A stretch of DNA of 63,030 bases, counting the filler, from Octopus bimaculoides (Eukaryota): assembly GCF_001194135.2 (NCBI RefSeq). It is 6 parts of 6 records of this genome, joined end to end, with 100 filler letters (N's around TTAATTAATTAA, not from the genome) between each part and the next. Parts side by side here need not be neighbours in the genome. Positions count along the whole stretch, not along the records: positions 1 to 21,073 come from NC_069002.1; 5 more parts are not named here. One strand, written 5' to 3'. Below are positions 1-13,134 of the stretch, in pieces (the stretch's first letter is position 1; each line of letters begins with the position of its first letter). Position numbers and translations under genes: made by a program. The notes beneath the pieces are model-generated. The model was not told the DNA's origin. It saw only the letters and a program-made list of their open reading frames with translations, and ran no database searches.

Positions 1-263
1 TAATGTAACCGCAATCATCAGAATCGTATACAGAGTTGCCCACCGCCATGGGTGCGCGTGTATATGGTTCTGCTAATTACAGCTTAATGGTAAAATTCAA
101 AAGTCTTCGTTTTGGCGCGCTAATTCCAGGAATATATCTGCAGAAAACATTTACTGCGTCGTATATATTCAGTATGAGAAAATGGGTAATGAGTAGAATA
201 TTATTATAAAATCTGGTGTATGTATATGTATGTAAGTATATATCTCTCTCCCTCTCTCTCTAA

Positions 264-301
<38 letters not shown>

Positions 302-454
302 GTGTATTGGTGCATGTGAAAAGGAGTGGCAAGTGTACAAATAAAAGCTATCTTTCTTAGCTTGCAGTAATTTTCATAAAACGTAATTTCCTTTAAAAAC
401 ATTCAATGACCTGAATCTACTCAATACAACCCAGACTAGTGGGAAACATTCTGC

Positions 455-498
<44 letters not shown>

Positions 499-1433
499 TA
501 TGTCTTGTGTTAACAAAGGTTTTCAACAATAACTAAGAGAATAAACAGAAAGTTTTAATTTCAGATAATCTGAACGTAATAACAGTTATCTCCCTTACTT
601 AGCAGAGTTCTTCAAATATTACAGTGAAGGACATTTTAGCCAGCTTTGAGAAACCTGGCATCTAAGGACTCTCCTGGACATTCTCATGTGTGTGGTGTGT
701 CCTTAGTGTTTTCTGCATCTTCCACATACAAAGACTACTTTCTCATTTAACTTTCCTGTGATCTCACTGCACTTCTTATATGTCTGTAGCTTGTACTAGA
801 TACATCAAATGGAATTCCTTCTAACACCTTTCCTACATATTGAGCAAGGCCATCAGAAATCTGGGAACACTGTGCACTATTGTGTAGCATACTGTACTCT
901 GCACTGAGTACATAGACCCTGTTTTTGAAGTTGGTTAATTTATACATGGTATGTTAGAAATAGTTTTGTTCTTCAACTTTTTATGTTGATTGATCAAGAT
1001 AAAACATACTCTGCTTTTGAAATATATTAATTTGTACGGGCGTATCTGTTAAATAAAATCACGTTCTTTACTTTTCTGGATTTAATCTTCATCCTATGAA
1101 CATTATACTTTATGCATGGTACAGTAAGATATATTCTAAGAATTTTAAGAGGATTAATAAAGGGGCAATGAAGCTAGTCTTCCTCCTGTCAATCATGGAA
1201 GACTCTAGAAAAAGTCATGGTTGCTACTTTTTCTCCCAGCAGTCTCAGGGTCCCTGGAAAAGTGATGAGCACAGTTGTTCTTTCTCCGAGTAAAACATTA
1301 AAAAATATATCTGCCTTATAAGTGTCTCATAATTACTTCAGTCCATGCTTTGCTGAAGAGGTTTCATAAGCTTGAAACATGCATTGAGTTGTCTTCCATG
1401 CTTGCTAAAATCATTAAACTATGATATTTTTAT

Positions 1434-1630
1434 CATCATTTAACGTCCGCTTTCCATGCTAGCATGGGTTGGACGATTTGACTGGGGACTGGTGAAGCAG
1501 ATGGCTACACCAGACTCCAATCTGATATGGCAGAGTTTCTACAGCTGGATGCCAACCACTCCAAGAGTGTAGTGGGTGCTATTTACATGCCACCGACACG
1601 AGGGCCAGTCCGGCAGTACTGGCAATGATG
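1434..1630 (-). mobile_element. RTE 3'-tail copy
   Basis: Same TTTAACGTCCGCTTTCCATGCTAGCATGGG...CAGCTGGATGCC sequence. Confidence 0.8.
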
Positions 1631-2888
1631 CCTTCTTTATTTGATGCTACATAAGTATTTTTAAATAGTATTTTCATGATCATTGCATTTAATGTTAGCT
1701 CTAATCTAATACATATGTTGTTCTGTGGCTTGGTACCAGGATCTGCAGTCATAATGACTGAAAGGGGGATAAAAAGGAGACACAGCAGAGTTTTACATCT
1801 TCTATACTTGAGTGACTGGCTGCAGCTGATAGGAACACTGGATAACATTATCTTGCATTCATCGACATAATCAGCAACTTCATCTTCACCCCCATTGTCG
1901 TTGTTGTTGTCGTCATTGCCATCGTCATCGTCATCATCATCATCATCATCGTTGTTGTTATCATCACCACCACCATCATCATTGCCGCCGCCGCCGCCGC
2001 CACCACCACCACCACCACAATCATCATCATCATCATCATCATCATAATCATCATTCCATTTCACATCTCTTTTTCTATACTGGCATTATTTGTATAGGGC
2101 ATTGTCCTCACAGTGTGAGCCCTTATTTTGTATTATTACCCTTTTTAGATGGATTGTGGACCCACATCTCAATCATACATTCTCTTTTAAGTTTGGACTT
2201 TACTATTTGATGTTTCCTATCACCAACCCCCTCTATATATCCAAGCAGGGGATACCTTTTATCATTTCACCAGCACTAGAAAGCTAGTTTTAGCCTTGAC
2301 AAGAGTAAAACTCATTTCTGCTTTACAATGTCTTTGTTCATTTGCTGCCCCCCACTTTTACAGAGTGTGGACTGGATATGTTGTAATGACACCAGCATTT
2401 AAGAGGTTGTCTTGTAACTTGGAAAGACTAAGAGTTGTCTGCCTTTGTTCACTCAACTTTACATACCATCTACTTGGCATATTGTATATGGTCCCATCTC
2501 ATTGACACTGAATAATAAATATGTAGGGGAGGGGCAGAGAATTTTAGCTGACCCCTTAACATACCCATGACTGCTTTCATGAATTCTTGTGGAATGAAAG
2601 AAGGCTTCCTTTTTTGCTAATTTTAAATGCTTATCTGACTCTGGTAACAGACACAAACGTATTGGTTTACTTGGAGACAGGTGCCAATATTAACCGGTTA
2701 AACTAGAAGCTGGTGCTGATGATGGTTGTGAAAGGTACCCCATAATACATCGTTTTTATTCATCTTCTCAAGAAAAATCTCTAAGGAGATTTCAGCTCAG
2801 CACGTACAACTCATGAAGCATTTCTCTGCTATACAATACTAATATAAATCCAATTGATGAACTAACTTTACCTTAATACAGTTCTATA

Positions 2889-3098
2889 TTGTTAACACAA
2901 CGTTTCAGCTGATATACTCTCCAGCCTTCATCAGGTGTCTTGGGGAAATTTCGAACCTAGGCTCTCATTCCTAAGGTATTTTTCAATGTTATTATTATTA
3001 TTATTAATATCATTATTATTCATATGCCAATGAACATATGGCGTAGTGGTTAAGAGTGCTACTAACCCTAAGATTCCGAGTTTGATTCCAGGCAGTGA

Positions 3099-3137
<39 letters not shown>

Positions 3138-3279
3138 TAATAATAATAATAATAACAATAATAATAATAATGATAACAACATTGTAAAATACCTTAGGAA
3201 TGAGAACCCAGGTTCGAAATTTCCTCAAGACACCTGAAGAAGGCTGGAGGGTATATCAGCCGAAACATTGTGTTAACAA
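2889..3279. repeat. Inverted repeat with about 110-nt arms (Penelope-terminus-like) enclosing a tRNA-like SINE head and (AAT)n
   Basis: 2889-3000 is the reverse complement of about 3170-3279; ORFs on opposite strands both end KYLRNE..GSKFPQDT. The arm carries a CCTGAAGAAGGC...CCGAAAC motif. The spacer contains GGCGTAGTGGTTAAG (A box) and GAGTTTGATTCC (B-box-like). Confidence 0.85.
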
Positions 3280-4553
3280 CAAACAAGATGAAGACAAATA
3301 TCCATCAAATGTAAATAATGTAAATAACGTAACTTTACCTTTCTGACCTCCATGACTTTTTGACTGGATTTAAGGTCGATTTTTGTGGTGGGAAGTGATA
3401 AACAGAAATCAATCAACTCCCATCAATTGTTACCATCATCATCATCATCATCATTTGGTGTCAGCTCTTCCATGCTTGTATGGATCAGGCAGAGTTTATT
3501 TGATGCAGGTTGTCTATGACTGGATTCCCTTCCTGTTACCAACCTTCACTGTTTCCAGGTAAGGTTATATTTCCCTGTCGTGTTTTTGTGAATTATTGGA
3601 AGTGAACAACACTGCTTGTATGACAGTGACACTCGTTTACAACTATCATGCAATGTTAAGACAAGGAGGCAGACATATGTACACACACACGCGCGCGCGC
3701 TGGGCTTCTTTCAGTTTCTGTCTACCAAAATCATTCGCAAGGCCTTGGTCAGTCAGCAGCTGAAGTAGAAGACATTTGCCAAGATACTATGCATTGGGAC
3801 TAAACTCAAAACCATGTGGTAATATTTATCTCCACTTAAACATGGATGTTCTGTCAGAACAAACAATACTGTGGTAAATGCCATGAGAGAAACTCTCATA
3901 TTAACTTTTGGTGCAATATGCACCTCCAGTGCTCAGACCACTAGATCTTATGATCTCAACCTTTTTTGGTCTTATCAGTGATGGACACTCAACCACTAGA
4001 TATAGCAGCGACTCATCTCCCCTCACACCCCTGTGATATATAGTTTGTTCCATCAGAACTTCCATTTTGAAGTGGGGATAAATATTTACTTTGTGAGCAA
4101 AATGCTTAGCAGCATTTTGTCCTTCTTTACATACTGGGTTCACATCCTGTCAAGGTTGACTTTGCTATTCATCCCGTTGAGATTGATAAAATAAGTAAAG
4201 TAAGTACCAGTTGAGTACTGGGGTCAATGTAATCAACTTATCCCCTCCCCTGAACTTGCAGGCCTTGGGCCAAAATCTGAAACCAATATTTCTATCAACA
4301 GGTAATCTTCAGACTAATTCAGTGATTAATATTACTAGACGAGGGCAATGGATAAGCAGAATCAGTGGAGCACCAGATGAAATGCTTTGTGATATTTGTT
4401 CCAGCTCTATACATTTGAGTTCAAATCTTACCAAGTTCAACTTAACCTTTCATCTTTCTGGGGTTGATTAATAAGGTAACAGTCAATCATCAGGGCCAAC
4501 TTTTCCTTTTCTTGCCAAATTTCTGGCTTTGTGCCAATTTTAGAACTTGATGG

Positions 4554-4588
<35 letters not shown>

Positions 4589-4899
4589 TTGATGATGATA
4601 TTGATGATGATGGTGATGATGATGATGATGATGATGAGGATGATGTTGATGATGACGGCTACAACAATGACAACAGTGACAAACAACAACAATGATGACA
4701 ACGATGACAATGACAAAGATAGCGAAGAATACAATGAATGTTCCTCCTACCAACCAGTCATGTTAAGAAAATCTCAAATGAACAACACATATGATGGGTT
4801 AGAGTTTAACTAAATCTCATTACATCTAGATGCGACAACCATGCAAAGAGTTTAAGCTAAGTTTGCACAAAAGGAAACGAAAACACAAGATCCCATCCA

Positions 4900-5600
4900 A
4901 AAATAAAACCATTTTAAAAAATCAAAAAATAGCAATGAGATTATGGCTGGGTGATAACAGTTTCCTCAAAGTAGCTGCCATCAGCTTCCTCCAGGTCCTC
5001 AAGGTGGCTCTGAAACATGGCACATGCATTCCTACTGTGTCCCTGAGAAGATCTTTAAACACCTTCATGATCTTGGCCATCAGCTTGGCTTTGGTGTTGC
5101 ACACAGAGAGGTTGGTGTCATTCTCAACCACATCCCACTCATAATAATCCATGGGATTACAATCCAGGGAATTAGAAGGCCAGAATTTAGGGTTAGTGAA
5201 GTCATAGAAATTCTCTGACAACCACTTCTGATGCTTTCTGGTGGTATGGCAAGGAGCCAAATTCTGCTGCCACACATATGGCTTTCCAGCAACAACTGTT
5301 TCTAGCCAGAGATTGACCACAATCTCCGGCAGCTTTACATAGCTGTCTGCATTGAGCCTAAGGTCCTGTTTAAAGTGGTGATGAATTTCATGCATATGCA
5401 GTGAGAATGTCTGCTGTGGTCCTTCCTGCTGACCATGGCTTTGTAGTATCTGCTGCTGCTTTTCATGTCACTTCATAGAGTATTTACAGCATTCACAAAG
5501 CACTAAGCAGCAGGCATGACATCAACATTTTGATATCCGGTGCAGATCATTGTGATACAAGTAACTCTTTTCCAATATTGGGTTATTCCAGTGAAATTCA
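4900..5600 (-). mobile_element. maT (DD37D) transposase fragment, C-terminal part
   Basis: ORF 4922-5395 reads YVWQQNLAPCH...WPSNSLDCNPMDYYEW with 37-residue spacing; the second catalytic Asp is mutated to Asn. Boundaries approximate. Confidence 0.8.
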
Positions 5601-5959
5601 ACAAGGTTCCATCACGTAGGTTCTTAGATTTTCTTCAAATTGTATTTTCCTTCCAAAGCTGAAGAAAAGTTAATAAAAGTCAGAAATAACGTGAAACAGT
5701 GGAAAACAAAATGAATCAAAAGTTATTTGCAAACCTTACACATATCGCACAAAACTTTGCTTATCATCAAAGGGAAAATGATAAAAATGACTGTTAGCAC
5801 TTCTGGAAGAAGCAGAATCCACATTTGCCATTATGTCCTAAATTGGAATCCAACAGATTTCATAATTTCTTTGCCAGAAAAACAGACTGACAGGGCCTTT
5901 GGGATAAAGGAATTTTACATTAAACCACCTGACTGGCTCCCGTGCAGTGACACATAAAA

Positions 5960-6388
5960 AGAACGATCTGAACATGGTCAATGTCAGTGAGCCCTGAAGA
6001 GCTCCTGTGCCAGTGGCATGTAAAAAGCACCATCCGAACATGGTTGATGCCAGTGACCCCTGGCTAACACTTATGCTGGTGGCACGTAAAAGGCACTATG
6101 CGAACACGGTTGATGTCAGTTCCCCATGACTGGCTTCCGTGCCGGTGACATATAAAAAGCACCATACAAACATGGTCAATGCCAATGGCCCCTGAAAGGC
6201 TCCCATGCCAGTGGCATGTAAAAAGCACCCACTAAACTCTCAGAGTGGTTGGCATTAGGAAGGGCATCCAGCTGTAGAAACCTTGCCAGATAAGATTGGA
6301 GCCTGGTGCAGCCTCCTGGCTTGCCAGTCCTCAGTCAAACTGTCCAACCCCTGCCAGCATGGGAAGTGGACGTTAAACGATGATGATA

Positions 6389-6430
<42 letters not shown>
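5960..6430 (+). mobile_element. RTE 3'-tail copy with internal tandem subrepeats and (GAT)n tail
   Basis: GGAAGGGCATCCAGCTGTAGAAAC...GGACGTTAAACGATGATGAT; subrepeats containing GTGGCAYRTAAAAAGCAC. Confidence 0.8.
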
Positions 6431-6431
<1 letters not shown>

Positions 6432-6719
6432 GCAGAGTGTTCAGTCAAAACATAATTTGCCAGTCTTCCATGATTTCTGCTAAATTTTTGTCAACTACAT
6501 CATCTTTAATCTTTATGCTCTCCAACACCATTGACTCTTCATCAATATATCAAGCTATTCCTGAAAAAAAAAAAGGAAACATAAAAATCATTAAATTTAG
6601 TCTGAACACCCAGCGTATCACAAAAAATATATCAATTAAAGATTGTAATTAGTTTTGAAAACAATTAATAATGTGAAGTTGGTTAGGGTTTGAATAAAAT
6701 AAGAAACTTTCATCTTTTA

Positions 6720-6927
6720 GCTTTTATCTTTTGTTTCAGTCCATGCTGGAGCACTACCTCAAAGGGTTTTTTGGTTGATCAAATCTACCCCAGTGCTTGA
6801 GTTTTTTCTAAGCCTAATACTTATTCTGCCGGTGCCTTATTACGAACCGCTAAGTATCGGAGACGTAAACAAAGCAACACCTGTTGTCACGCGGTGGAGG
6901 GGGGACAAACATAAGCACAAACGCGCG

Positions 6928-6960
<33 letters not shown>
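6720..6960 (-). mobile_element. SINE family B 3' half
   Basis: Reverse complement of the tail: TTGTTTCAGTCCATGCTGGAGCAC...GGGGACAAAC followed by (CA)n. Confidence 0.75.
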
Positions 6961-6970
<10 letters not shown>

Positions 6971-7263
6971 GTTGGTGTTTGTAACATAATTTAACATAAT
7001 TTATTATAAAATTTTGATGGAAGATTTTAATTTAGTGTGGAGCAGTGTACAATTAGTAATTTCGCATCGTAAAGCTGGGTCTCGAGTAGATAAAAGGGTT
7101 TAGTGAGATCACTAGAAATATCCATAGAAAAATAGGAAAATTTACGCAACATCCAAGGGAGGCAACTCTACACCCTCAAGGGAGGTAACTGCCTATTATC
7201 TAATAGGTGTTCAGAAATTACAGTGCATTTATATTCAGTGTGAGGGTTCCATTTATAATCTCT

Positions 7264-7329
<66 letters not shown>

Positions 7330-7432
7330 CACTCTCTCCCGCTCACTCTCTCGCGCTCTGTCTACCTCTCGCTCTCTCTCTCTGTATGTACATACGCGCA
7401 CGCACACACACAGGCATACACACATTTATATA

Positions 7433-9809
7433 CCGTGTTTCTCCGAAAATAAAACCCGGTCTTATATCAATTTTGCATCCAAAAAACGCACTAGGGCTTA
7501 TTTTCGGGGGATGCCTTATATTTTTGCGGAAAAAATCCAAGAAAGACAACATAGTCTCTTGTCCTCGTGTAAAAAGAAAAAAATTGTAAAAAGGAAACCC
7601 ATGTTTTTAGTTATCAAAAGTTTATTTATTTGCTTATTGTTTTTAGTCAAGTACAAACATTTCGTCCTCTTCTGGAACATCGCCATAAATCATCAAAAAC
7701 CGAACTTCAGACTGAATGTCTTGCAAATTCATTACCTCTAGATTCATGGACCCCAATCTCTCAACATTTGGCAATATAACTTTCCATAAATGAACACATT
7801 TTGTCCAAGTACCCTGCTCGTAATGCATTGGCAACACAACTGTCAGTAATTTTATTTCATGCATTCTTGGAGGTTGGGTTTGACACACTGTTTCCACCCT
7901 GATATCTCTCCATTCTATGTTCAACATATTCATTCACTTCCATCCGCAAATAATCCTTGAAGGGCTTGTTTATTGCAAGACCTAATGTTTGTAGATATGA
8001 AGTCATTCCCACGGGAATCATTATGTGGTCAATTCTTCTTTTAGAAAGAAACTGTTTTCATATCTTTTGCACGATGAGTACTGACTGAATCCCAGACTAA
8101 AAGACGTCTTTGAGAACCATGTAGAACAAGAGGCATAGTTAAATCAACCCATTTTCTTATAACAGATTGTGTGCACCAAACCTTCTCCTTTTCAAGGACA
8201 TAAATATCTGAAACTCTTTCTATTTTCTCAATTTTGCCCTTTGTGATGATAAGCAGTGGGACTTTTTCCCATCAAGACAAATTGCTAAAATACAAGTAAC
8301 TCTTGCACTTTTGTAACCTGTTGAGGCAATGTAGATTGACATGGCACCTGTCTGTTCAATTGTTGTTTTAGATCCTTGGCCCATAATTACTGCAGTCTCA
8401 TCATCATCAACATCATCATCGTTTAACGTCCGCTTTCCATGCTAGCATGGGTTGGACGATTTGACTGAGGACTGGTGAAACTGGATGGCAATACCAGGCT
8501 CCAATCTAATTTGGCAGAGTTTCTACAGCTGGATGCCCTTCCTAACGCCAACCACTCAGAGAGTGTAGTGGGTGCTTTTACGTGTCGCCCGCACGAAGGC
8601 CAGTCAGGCGGTACTGGCAACGGCCANNNNNNNNNNNNNNNNNNNNNNNNNNNNNNNNNNNNNNNNNNNNNNNNNNNNNNNNNNNNNNNNNNNNNNNNNN
8701 NNNNNNNNNNNNNNNNNNNNNNNNNNNNNNNNNNNNNNNNNNNNNNNNNNNNNNNNNNNNNNNNNNNNNNNNNNNNNNNNNNNNNNNNNNNNNNNNNNNN
8801 NNNNNNNNNNNNNNNNNNNNNNNNNNNNNNNNNNNNNNNNNNNNNNNNNNNNNNNNNNNNNNNNNNNNNNNNNNNNNNNNNNNNNNNNNNNNNNNNNNNN
8901 NNNNNNNNNNNNNNNNNNNNNNNNNNNNNNNNNNNNNNNNNNNNNNNNNNNNNNNNNNNNNNNNNNNNNNNNNNNNNNNNNNNNNNNNNNNNNNNNNNNN
9001 NNNNNNNNNNNNNNNNNNNNNNCTCATGTGTCACCCGCACAAGAGCCAGTCCAGGGGCACCAGCAACGATCTCGCTCAAAAATCCAACAACAACCCCACA
9101 CAAGAGCCAGTTCAGGGGCACCGGCAACGATCTCGCTCGAAGAAATTTCATGTGTCACCAGCACAAGAGCCAGTCCAGGGGCACTGGCAACGATCTCGCT
9201 CGAAAAACATCCATAGCAATTATATGGGAGAGATTGTATTTAGAAACATCGATGCCATCACAAAGGGCCTGAATGCAAGTGCACATTGAATTACTTCAGC
9301 ATCCTCCATCCTCCAGTGTTGTCGATCTTCTTAGAGAGAGCTCATATTGTCGAAAGAAGTTTCCCAACCAATGAGGTGATGCTTTGAATATTTCTGCGGG
9401 TATATCCAACTGTGGTGCCATTGCAAGAGCAAATTCTTGAATATCAGCCCTGCATACAACCAAAGCCTTTGTTCTTCTGTCAGCAATCTATCCTGAGGTG
9501 ATATCTTCCAGCTCTGAAAATAACAGTTGTTGACCTGATCCACACTTGCGCTTCTTAGCACCTCTCTCATCCACCTGTTTGCTGATTCTTGTTATGTACT
9601 CTTCCTCAATTTCTTTCTTGTACTCCACAGAATAACTCGTTCTTTTTGCACTCATCTTGCCAAGCTGTGGTAGTTGGTTTATTTTGCAAACATCATATGG
9701 TCTTACTAACAAGCTGATGCCTTTTTGACTTGGTCTTATTTTTGAGGTAGGGCTTATATTAAAAACATCCTGAGAAATCATGGTAGGGCTTATTTTCAGG
9801 GAAACACGG
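7433..9809 (-). mobile_element. pogo-superfamily (POGK/Tc2-like) DNA transposon, both ends present, transposase degenerate, nested insertion
   Basis: TA-flanked TIRs CCGTGTTTCTCCGAAAATAA / CCGTGTTTCCCTGAAAATAA. Minus-strand fragments: MSAKRTSYSVEYKK...LLFSELED (N-terminal DNA-binding), LLVWDSVSTH, and IPVGMTSYLQTLGLAINKPFKDYLR (DDE_1 motifs). Broken by stops and frameshifts; an RTE tail is inserted at about 8400-9215. Confidence 0.85.
8400..9215 (-). mobile_element. RTE 3'-tail copy nested in the pogo element
   Basis: (CAT)n-GTTTAACGTCCGCTTTCCATGCTAGCATGGGTTGGACG...CAGCTGGATGCCCTTCCTAACGCCAACC matches the RTE 3'UTR at 52.4 kb. Confidence 0.85.
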
Positions 9810-9914
9810 TACATACATGCTTATGCATCCATTCATACATCTACACATACACATGCACACCCACACACCACACCCACACCCACCCACACACACACACACA
9901 AAGACACGCATATA

Positions 9915-10856
9915 CAAGGTGAATTCCTGAAGTTTTGAGACTTTTTTTTTAGGAGAGGCGGTTATAGCTGTCCTAGATTATTTTGATTTTAATATATAAT
10001 TACTATACATCTGATAGGCTGACCTGCCACCAACTTTTGTTATTCCAGATTGAAGAAGGCTGTAACAGCACTTTGAACACCATCTGCTAAACACTGCTTC
10101 TCACAGTTGGCTAGTTTGCAGAATACGGTTGGGACTGGAAGACAATTGTTTGAATGACAACAGCCGTGTCTCTGTAATAACAATAAGCACACAGTTTGAA
10201 GTTGATGTGACAAGTGTACACAGAATTATTCATGAAAATCTCAATAAGCCCAAAACTTTTGCAAAGTTTGTTCCAAGAGTGCTCAGGTGACAGAAGGGGA
10301 AGCTTATTATCTCCAATCCAAGATTATTCAAGTCTCTGGTGTTCTGTGATGAAAGCTGGATCTAATGTTATGATCTAGAGACTAAAAGACAGAGTGCCCA
10401 ATGGAAGCATCCTCACTCACCCAGATCCAAGAAACAAGTCCACTCATAATGAGCCCTTTTTTTGATAGTAAGGGTATCATCTATGTCCATTGGGTTCCTT
10501 CTGACCAGACGGTCAACAAAGAGTACTTTGTAGGGGTTTTGAGGAGGTTCAGGGAGAAATTTCATTGCCAATTCTCAGAGCTCCACCAGGATAACACACC
10601 TGTCCACAATTCCATTCTGGTAACAAACTACTTGAAAGAGGTGAGCATCAAAACTATCCCTCACCCCTCCCTACACTCCAGACCTTGCTCCCAGTGACTT
10701 TTGGTTGTTCCCCAAGATAAAGGAGAAGATGAAATGAGCTGTGACAAGGGTCATGAAATGGACACCTTCACTTTGGAGGACTTCCATAGGGGCCTTTACA
10801 AGTAGGCTGGAGTGCTACAACAGGTGCATTGAAGTCAGAGGATCCAACTTTGAAGG
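9915..10856 (+). mobile_element. mariner (DD34D) transposon, degenerate with internal deletions
   Basis: Contains FCDESWI*CYDLETKRQSAQWKHP, FFDSKGIIY, HQDNTPVH, and (after a frameshift) PYTPDLAPSDFWLFPKIK, giving D34D spacing. The 3' boundary is approximate. Confidence 0.85.
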
Positions 10857-11379
10857 AGTGGTGGTGGTGGTGGTGGTGCTGCTGCTAGAAGCTAATCATC
10901 TGATCAACTGATCAAGCTGAAAACACTATGTTTCTATTGTTTTTCTATATTTATGACTTTTTCCATTGTTGCTGTTGTCTCTTGGTCCAATTCTTTACAG
11001 AAATGTTACTACATCTTTTATTCTTTATTTTTTTTTTTACTGGTGAGAAAAGTCAGAATTTGAACCCAGAAACTCATTGTTAGAATAGTTAACAGAACAG
11101 CCCATTTGTTTGTTTGACATTCTAACCATGTGATCCATCCACGTTCATGAAAGGGAAAGTTGTTCTCAGTGGAATTTGAACTCAGAGTACAGAAAGCTTG
11201 GACAGACAGCATAAAGTACCCTGACCATTTGACACTCCAACAAATGCTGGAAAGTTTCATTCTAAGAGAAGACACATTTTGCTTCATCAGATACAATTGA
11301 TGGAAGAATTCGGTAAGGAAGAGTAAGAAAAAAAAGAAATTTGTTTTATTGCTTTGGAGTAAAATAAAGCAACAAGCTG

Positions 11380-11840
11380 GCAGAACCATTAGGATGCCAG
11401 GCAAAATGCTTAGCAGCATTTTCTCCATCTTTACGTTCTGAGTGAAAATTCCACCAAGGTTGACTTTGCCATTTATCTTTTGGGGTTGATAGAATAGGAA
11501 CCAACTAAGGACTGGGGTTGATGTTATCAACTATCCCCTTTCCCCAGTATTTCAGACCTTGTTGTGCTTATTGTAGAAAAGGATTATTTTGGAGTAAAAC
11601 TGAAAGCAATGGGATGTCAGAATCGTTAGCGTGTCAGGCAAAATGCTTTCACAGTATTTCTTGCAGTAGCTCTTTGCATTCTGATTCTGAGTTCAAATCC
11701 TCCTGAGGTCAACTTTGCCTTTCATCCTTTCGGAGTCAATGAAAAAAAAGTACTGGTTAAGTACTGGTGAGGGTGGGGTGGGGGTCGATGTAATCGACTA
11801 GCTGCCTCCATCAAAGTATCAGGTGAGGATTATTTTGGAG
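11380..11840 (+). mobile_element. Two tandem SINE family C copies, CpG-eroded
   Basis: GCTGGCAGAACC...GGCAAAATGCTTAGC...GACTTTGCC, and a second GAGTTCAAATCC...ACTTTGCCTTTCATCCTTTCGGAGTC. Confidence 0.75.
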
Positions 11841-11984
11841 GAAAATTATGAGAAAATCGGGTTAAAGAGAAGCTGAATGAATAAAGTAACTGAAGACAGA
11901 GGAGATGAGAGATTGGTTTTCTGGAAGAAATGTTAAAATATAGTTTCTATTGAATTTTTTGAATCAAGGAATGAAGGACGTTAA

Positions 11985-12157
11985 CCCTTTAGCATTCAGG
12001 TTATTCTGTAAAGCTTAATGCTTATTTATTCATGTTGCTTTGAATTTATCACATATTATCTTGTAACTTTGAGATTTCAATGTGATTGTTTATTTTTAGA
12101 ATGACATTGTAGGATAGGTTTGAGAGGCCTGATATGGCTAGTTTGAATGCTGAAGAG
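11985..12157. mobile_element. piggyBac-type MITE
   Basis: TTAA at both sides (11981-11984 and 12158-12161), with TIRs CCCTTTAGCATTCA / CTCTTCAGCATTCA. Confidence 0.75.
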
Positions 12158-12378
12158 TTAAAGGTGATTGGTTTGTTATGGCGTTTATGGTGTAGCCTAT
12201 GTTGAGACCACACCAGCTGGTGTTGGAGAGCATAAGGATTAAAGTTGTAGTTGAAAAAAGGTTAGCAGACATGGAAAACTGGAAGCGATCTAAACAGGGG
12301 TCATTAGGGCAAACTATGGTTTGGCTGAACACTCTGCTGTTTAATGTACAATTCCTTCATCCCAAAGGTCTTATCACT

Positions 12379-12416
<38 letters not shown>

Positions 12417-12614
12417 TTGTATCTGTGTGTGTGTATGTGTGTGTGTTTGAATGTGTGTGTATGTATGTGTGTGTGTGTGTGTGTGTGTTATTAAGTACTT
12501 CAGTTCTTATGTGCAACTATATACTTGTGTATAACAAGATTTTGTGTGTGTATATGGATGTGTGTATGAAGTTGTTTATTTGTGTGAATTTTTTTTCAAA
12601 TATGAGAGAAAATT

Positions 12615-13035
12615 AAAACATTGGTTTCAAATTTTGACACAAGGCCAGCAATTTCAGGGGAGGAGGTAAGTTGATTACATTGATTACTGGTACACAACTG
12701 GTATTTAATCTATCAACCCCCCAAAAAGATGACAAGCAAAGTTTGATCTTGGCAGAATTTGAACTCAGAATGCAAGGAGCTGCAAGAAATAATGCTAACA
12801 ATTGCTGCCAAGTTGCTGCCTTCAATTTTACTCCAAAATAGTCCTTTCTGTTATAGGCACAAGGTCTGAAATATTGGGGGAGGGGATAGTCAATAACATC
12901 GCCCCACCCCTCCTTGCTCAATTTTAGTAACCCTGAAAGGATGAAAGCAAAGTTGACCTCACCAGAATTTGAATTCAGAACACAAAGACAGACAAAATGA
13001 CTCTGCTAACAGTTCTGCCAACTCACCACCTTAGA
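12615..13035 (-). mobile_element. SINE family C copies, CpG-eroded
   Basis: Reverse-complement motifs GGCAGAATTTGAACTCAGAA and GAAAGGATGAAAGCAAAGTTGACCTC. Confidence 0.7.
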
Positions 13036-13134
13036 AGATTAAAATAATGAAATTCAAATATGATTTAACTTAGCAATTATTTCATGCACAATTCTATAAG
13101 TGATGCACAAATATGATTCACATTTTGGTGAAGG

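Noticed and set aside
747-947. 66-aa minus-strand ORF and the nearby unique sequence at 540-1300 as host exons
   Set aside because: No recognisable motif, and the candidate splice sites gave closed or inconsistent frames.
2296-2760. Unique-looking region with two short ORFs
   Set aside because: No frame stays convincingly open and no domain was recognised. It is probably a decayed retroelement next to the Penelope-like arm.
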